From positions 32,001 through 96,000 of IMG/VR virus record IMGVR_UViG_3300028048_000040: a DNA stretch of 64,000 nt; one strand, written 5' to 3'. The notes under the pieces are model-generated. The model did not search any database. It saw only the letters and a program-made list of their open reading frames with translations, and was not told the origin of the DNA. This stretch comes from a virus (lineage: Duplodnaviria > Caudoviricetes). Position 1 is the first letter of the stretch. Every line of letters begins with the position of its first letter. The translations under genes were made by a program, and so were the position numbers. Below are positions 59,202-64,000 of the stretch, one piece after another.

Positions 59202-62200
59202 ATGAGCAGGTTCTTATTAAGACTAAATTTTGATTCAAATGGCTGTACTGATACTAGGATTGCTAATGTTGGTGAAGTAAACTTCGAAACAGAATCTGCT
59301 ATAAAAGAATATCATCAAAGATCTGCATACTTTCCACCATATTCTCATGCAGGATTAAGATTCTATGATTCTAATAGTGAGATAAAAGATCTGTTTGGAG
59401 ATATAGACAATCCTACTACAATATATTTTAAATATAAGATTAAGAGAAAATATATGAGAAGGGATATACTAACACCAATCATTTCCTATAGAGATGGAAA
59501 TGCTGATGATACTAATATCCCATTCTTATATTTTAAAGATAGAAAATGGTTAGTAATAGAGATAGATAGTAATGGAGATAAACTTTATACTAGAGATATA
59601 AGCTATACTTTTGATGATAGATGGCATTGTGTTACTATTACTAGACTAAGAAAGAAAGTATCTATATTTATAGACGGTATAAAGAATACAGAAAAATTAG
59701 TAGACTATCCATTTACATTTGGAGATAATCTATACTTAGGATTATTTCATCCTAATGCTAGTACTACAGCAACATTTAACAATGGTTCTTTAGATGATTT
59801 CTGTATAACAGATAGTGTATTTTATTTTGAGAACTTTGTTCCTCCTACACTATATTGGAATGGTTTAGATTCTAGAGATAACTATTTCCTAAATGATTAT
59901 TTCAATATAGATAATCTGGATCCTGATTTAGCATTTCAAATGGAAAGAAATAGAACCCATACTATTCAATCTATTAATGCTAATCAGATAGGAAATATAC
60001 CATATAGAATGAAGATAGAATGGTATACTGATGATAAGTATTTTATCAATGACGAAGAGCTAGTAAGAGAAATCAATAAGAAAAGAGACTATACTATTCT
60101 TAGAATTTTTATGGTAGAAAATATACATATGTTTGTAGACGGTACAGAAAGATTTGGTGAATGGGAACCATTAACTGAAGTAGCTGCTAAACATACTATG
60201 TATCCATTTGCTCTATTTGTAAATAAGAACTTTATTCCTCTTAGTAGAATTCGTATAATCAAATCTGACTATTGGTATACTTTTATAATTAGAGGATTAG
60301 ATCCCAGTGTAGAAGTTACTGATGTTAAGATGTTATTTATTCCCTTTAGTTGTATATATGAAGAGTATAGAGGAGAAAGACCTGATAAACAGGTTATGTA
60401 TTCATTCAAAGAGAATGGTAAATTTACTACAGATGGAGCAGACTTCTACTATTATTTTGATAATGAAAAATACCCCAACTTAAAAGCTGGAGGTATAAAA
60501 GAAGAATATATCAATCCTGGTTTATTAAGTAATGATCCAGAATCTGATTTGACTATAGATGATACTCAATTAATGCATTATTCTTGGAGATATGGAAACT
60601 TTGAAGTAAAAAGAAATGATGGTACTTCTACATATGTATATTTCATGGCTTGGGATAATGGTTGGATTAAACCAGGAGATGTAGTACTTCTGTATGTAGG
60701 TAATACTCTTATTCCACAAGAGAAATATAGAATTGTAGGATATGATCTAATAGAGATATTTGATTATTATACCATGGGTCTAGATGGTAGATTGATTACA
60801 ATGTGTATAATAACAGATTGTAGAACAGATGGTTGGTTATTTGAAGACTTTACTGATACTAAAGTAGTAGAAGTAGAAGCTACAGAGAATGAACAGTCTG
60901 TATTCAAGATACCAGATGTTGATGATGGAGACACAATTCCATATGACCAATTCTTACTCTTCAAAGGATCTGTATGTTTAGAGAATGAAAAGAGATATAA
61001 GATAAATTATGACAAAGGAACAATAACTTTACTATCTCCTTCTGATTGGATGAGTATAGGAAGACATTTAACATTTGTATTTGTTAGATGCCATAAATCA
61101 GATGAATGGGGTCCAATGTGGATGAAACCTATCTTCTTTGAAAAGAAGATAACTCAAGCTGATCCTACTAATCTGATTACTACTATAGATATACCAAACA
61201 TGTATAATATCAAGTATACCATGAACAATCTCATGGTATATAATCATAATACATTGGTAGTTCCTCAGAGATATAGAATAGAGAACAATCAGCTTATCTT
61301 CGTTCATCCTGGAGATGGTTTACAAGGAAATCCATCATTAATCTTTGTAGTTCTTAAAATGGCATCTCAGATAGAGAAAGATAATCCTAGAAATAAACTA
61401 TTACTAGATCTATATAGAAAAGGAAGAAGATTCCCATTCTACAATCTAGGAATAGATAAGAAGATAAAGCTAACTTTAGAAAATATAACTGCATTTGATC
61501 AAAATGGTGAATATATTGATGATCTTATGGGTTGTATTTATAGTATGAATGTAATCAAACAGCTATACACTTCTGATCCTAATAGAGTTGTAAGATATAT
61601 AACTATTGTATATCATGATTGGTCTGAAGAGAACTATGCTAATATAACCCTTCCAGATAACGATAACTTCATCAAACAATATCTATGTATGTTTACAGAG
61701 TTTGAAGAGTTAGATAAACATTTTGATGAATTCATTTCTGAATATGAGACTAAGTATAGACTTAGAGGAGAATCAGGAATAAGAAAGATTCATTTCCATT
61801 ACGGAGTTAATCTAGCAAAAGAACTAGACTATCAAATCTATTATAATCAATCTAGATTTGATTCTGTATATGAAAAGAAAAGAACTGTAACTAGAAAGAC
61901 TTTTAATACAGATACTCTAAATGATGCATTAAAAGAAGATACAGTTACTGGAAAATTCAATCTTAGTATTCCTCAAAATACTAAATGGTTTATAAATAAT
62001 ATCTATGATACTTATTCTCTCTTCTTTAAGAATGGAGAACTTATAGACCATGAAGAATGTGTATCTTATCTAGGAAACGAGTGTAAACTAAGTTTACCTT
62101 CTAAATTAGGTTCAGATGAATGGATGGAATCTATTGATTGTCATAAACAGTTAAATAAGCTAGAAGAATTACCTATAGCTATTAAGGGATTCAATCCTGA

Positions 62201-62591
62201 TCCTATAACTAACTTTAATCCAGATCCTTATGTACCATCTGGAACCAATGTATATACAGAATTCAATATCAAATTCTATGTAACTGAATATTATGAGAGT
62301 GAAGATGAACTAGTAATTTCTGTTACTACTACATTGCCATCTGATGGTAATATAGCTATCAATGAATTACCTGATGATAGAATAGTAGAAATACCAATTA
62401 CTGTAGATGCTGCAGGAGAGTGGGAAGATGATCTAATTGATATTGAAATAGAAACTTGGACAGATCCTCCTCCATATGTACCACCTGCTGGATGGAAAGG
62501 ACCAGAATATTATGATATCTATTGTAAACTGGTTGCAGTAGCTCCATTTGATGATGACTTTGTATGTTCAGTTGATGTTGTCGCAGAATAA
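59202..62591 (+). CDS. Large virion structural protein with N-terminal LamG-like domain
   Basis: WHCVTITR...FIDG...GSLDDF...NFVPP, then repeated (L/V)Y..N..IP..Y.I units. Confidence 0.7.
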   Translation: MSRFLLRLNFDSNGCTDTRIANVGEVNFETESAIKEYHQRSAYFPPYSHAGLRFYDSNSEIKDLFGDIDNPTTIYFKYKIKRKYMRRDILTPIISYRDGNADDTNIPFLYFKDRKWLVIEIDSNGDKLYTRDISYTFDDRWHCVTITRLRKKVSIFIDGIKNTEKLVDYPFTFGDNLYLGLFHPNASTTATFNNGSLDDFCITDSVFYFENFVPPTLYWNGLDSRDNYFLNDYFNIDNLDPDLAFQMERNRTHTIQSINANQIGNIPYRMKIEWYTDDKYFINDEELVREINKKRDYTILRIFMVENIHMFVDGTERFGEWEPLTEVAAKHTMYPFALFVNKNFIPLSRIRIIKSDYWYTFIIRGLDPSVEVTDVKMLFIPFSCIYEEYRGERPDKQVMYSFKENGKFTTDGADFYYYFDNEKYPNLKAGGIKEEYINPGLLSNDPESDLTIDDTQLMHYSWRYGNFEVKRNDGTSTYVYFMAWDNGWIKPGDVVLLYVGNTLIPQEKYRIVGYDLIEIFDYYTMGLDGRLITMCIITDCRTDGWLFEDFTDTKVVEVEATENEQSVFKIPDVDDGDTIPYDQFLLFKGSVCLENEKRYKINYDKGTITLLSPSDWMSIGRHLTFVFVRCHKSDEWGPMWMKPIFFEKKITQADPTNLITTIDIPNMYNIKYTMNNLMVYNHNTLVVPQRYRIENNQLIFVHPGDGLQGNPSLIFVVLKMASQIEKDNPRNKLLLDLYRKGRRFPFYNLGIDKKIKLTLENITAFDQNGEYIDDLMGCIYSMNVIKQLYTSDPNRVVRYITIVYHDWSEENYANITLPDNDNFIKQYLCMFTEFEELDKHFDEFISEYETKYRLRGESGIRKIHFHYGVNLAKELDYQIYYNQSRFDSVYEKKRTVTRKTFNTDTLNDALKEDTVTGKFNLSIPQNTKWFINNIYDTYSLFFKNGELIDHEECVSYLGNECKLSLPSKLGSDEWMESIDCHKQLNKLEELPIAIKGFNPDPITNFNPDPYVPSGTNVYTEFNIKFYVTEYYESEDELVISVTTTLPSDGNIAINELPDDRIVEIPITVDAAGEWEDDLIDIEIETWTDPPPYVPPAGWKGPEYYDIYCKLVAVAPFDDDFVCSVDVVAE

Positions 62592-62670
62592 ACACATAAA
62601 TGGGATATGGGAATAATCCCATATCCCAAATTTTAGTAAAAGAAACAGAGAAAGGAGAGAAATAATATAT

Positions 62671-64000
62671 ATGGATTCTGAAATAGTAAAATATTATCAA
62701 CAAGGGAAAATTACATTTGAAGATGAAAATGATCTTACAGCTCAAGAAAATGTTAGCACTAATTTAAATCAAAATATATCATTGACTACAATTACAGAAA
62801 TTGAAGACTGCTATTCAGGAATAAAACCATATGTTGGATTATCTAAGATCGGAAAATTAGGATCTGGATATAGTTTACAACAAGATTGCAAATTTATTTG
62901 TAGTAAAGATACTAATGAAAAGTATAACATAGGCTCAACAACTAATGGTGGTAGTCTTAGAATACAATTAGCTCCTCAAATACCAGGAAAATCTAGTAAT
63001 AGTATATATATTGAAAAAGGGACTTCATTTTCAATTTCGTTTAATTTTTTATATGATATTGACGATAATTTCAAAGGCGTAATAGAGATATTAAATGTAT
63101 TAGAAACTGGAACGACAGATTCAAAAATACAAGAAATTATAAATAAATATTCAGATGTATTAGAAAATGGCGTTTTTTGGATTGCAATGCAAGATAATGC
63201 ACTCTATTTATTTATTGATTTAAAATTTTATAAAAGTGTTTTAGAGAATTATTTAGATGAAACTTTTGAAGATAAAGCTCATCTATCTAGTATTTTTGTT
63301 TTTAAGTTAATAGATGATTGTTCAACCAATTTTAAAAAGGGTATAAATCATAATATAAAAATAGAAAAAACGCTTATAGAAAATGGTGGTTTTTTCACAA
63401 TAACAGTAGACAACGATATCAAATTAAAACTAAAAAATCTCTTCAGCTGTGTAGGTTTTTTTAATAGTGATAAGATTTCTTTTTTGACAAATAGTGTTTT
63501 AGAGAGACATATTTTCCCACAGCCTACTAACCCTAATAATAGTATGTATCAAAGCTCCCAATGTTTAAATGCTTGGTTAGAAGACAATAAAGTCATTGGT
63601 ACAGCAGAATATATTGGATATTATGCTTACTCAACACATCCTTTATATTTATCGAATCTTGTGAATAATGGTACTGATAGCGATCCAATATTTGAATATG
63701 GATCTTATCGTTTTAGACACGATTATCATAATTATAAAGATCATATTACGGGTATGAATGAACTAAATGAGTTTATAAATACCAACAAACCATTATATGA
63801 ATCTTCATCATACATTGATAATATTGAATATAACCATATTTTTTATGTAACATTACAACATTACAATTTTTATAAAGATTTTCTTAATCAAATATCCATT
63901 CAAGTAAAAGAAAACACAGAAGATTTTGAAGAAATCATGCTCAATCCAATCACAATTCAAGTTAAAGAAGATATTTCTAAAGATCTACTCAATCCAATAG
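62671..64000 (+). CDS. Structural protein, runs off the right edge (>443 aa; absent from the ORF track)
   Basis: ATG at 62671 after AAGGAG; frame read by hand is open to 64000; YIDNIEY, then L-N-(Q/P)-I-x-I-Q-V-K-E repeats. Confidence 0.75.
   Translation, partial: MDSEIVKYYQQGKITFEDENDLTAQENVSTNLNQNISLTTITEIEDCYSGIKPYVGLSKIGKLGSGYSLQQDCKFICSKDTNEKYNIGSTTNGGSLRIQLAPQIPGKSSNSIYIEKGTSFSISFNFLYDIDDNFKGVIEILNVLETGTTDSKIQEIINKYSDVLENGVFWIAMQDNALYLFIDLKFYKSVLENYLDETFEDKAHLSSIFVFKLIDDCSTNFKKGINHNIKIEKTLIENGGFFTITVDNDIKLKLKNLFSCVGFFNSDKISFLTNSVLERHIFPQPTNPNNSMYQSSQCLNAWLEDNKVIGTAEYIGYYAYSTHPLYLSNLVNNGTDSDPIFEYGSYRFRHDYHNYKDHITGMNELNEFINTNKPLYESSSYIDNIEYNHIFYVTLQHYNFYKDFLNQISIQVKENTEDFEEIMLNPITIQVKEDISKDLLNPI

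Noticed and set aside
1-64000. CRISPR array or mini-array
   Set aside because: No direct repeats with regular unique spacers; the repeats are in-frame coding duplications or hairpins.
1-64000. Stop-codon reassignment
   Set aside because: Genes are full length and tightly packed in code 11; the tRNA anticodon reads TCT, not a suppressor.

Overview
AT-rich (roughly 30% GC by eye), densely coding segment of a jumbo myophage genome. It looks like the AR9/PBS1-phiKZ-related type and probably infects a Firmicute (strong AGGAGG Shine-Dalgarno sites), possibly a diderm Negativicute (inference from an XpaC-TM2/TelA pair and a beta-barrel-anchored lysis-type protein). About 3-30 kb (+) and 58-64 kb (+) hold virion tail/receptor-binding genes built from paralogous modules: LamG-like, Big_4 Ig-like, DNRLRE, beta-propeller and GFRPV-ending lectin-like domains. 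About 31-58 kb (-) holds DNA-metabolism and early genes: deaminase, dUTPase, tRNA-Arg(UCU), DHH phosphoesterase, gyrB, RecD/Dda-like helicase, DnaB, SbcD, TelA/XpaC and a PD-(D/E)XK nuclease. Main observations: (1) a 363-nt ORF-less group I intron splits the catalytic TOPRIM motif of gyrB; (2) two phage-specific promoter classes, YA-N3-R-TATAYTAT-N4-DTG (15 sites) and RACW-N6-TR (17 sites, AR9-late-like despite an intact dUTPase); (3) an RNA layer attached to the first promoter class, including two covarying AUG-sequestering leaders on unrelated genes and two candidate stand-alone sRNAs with 5'-3' closing helices; (4) a candidate one-component spanin with a YadA-like four-strand outer-membrane anchor. 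All family calls come from motif recognition by eye; no searches were run.
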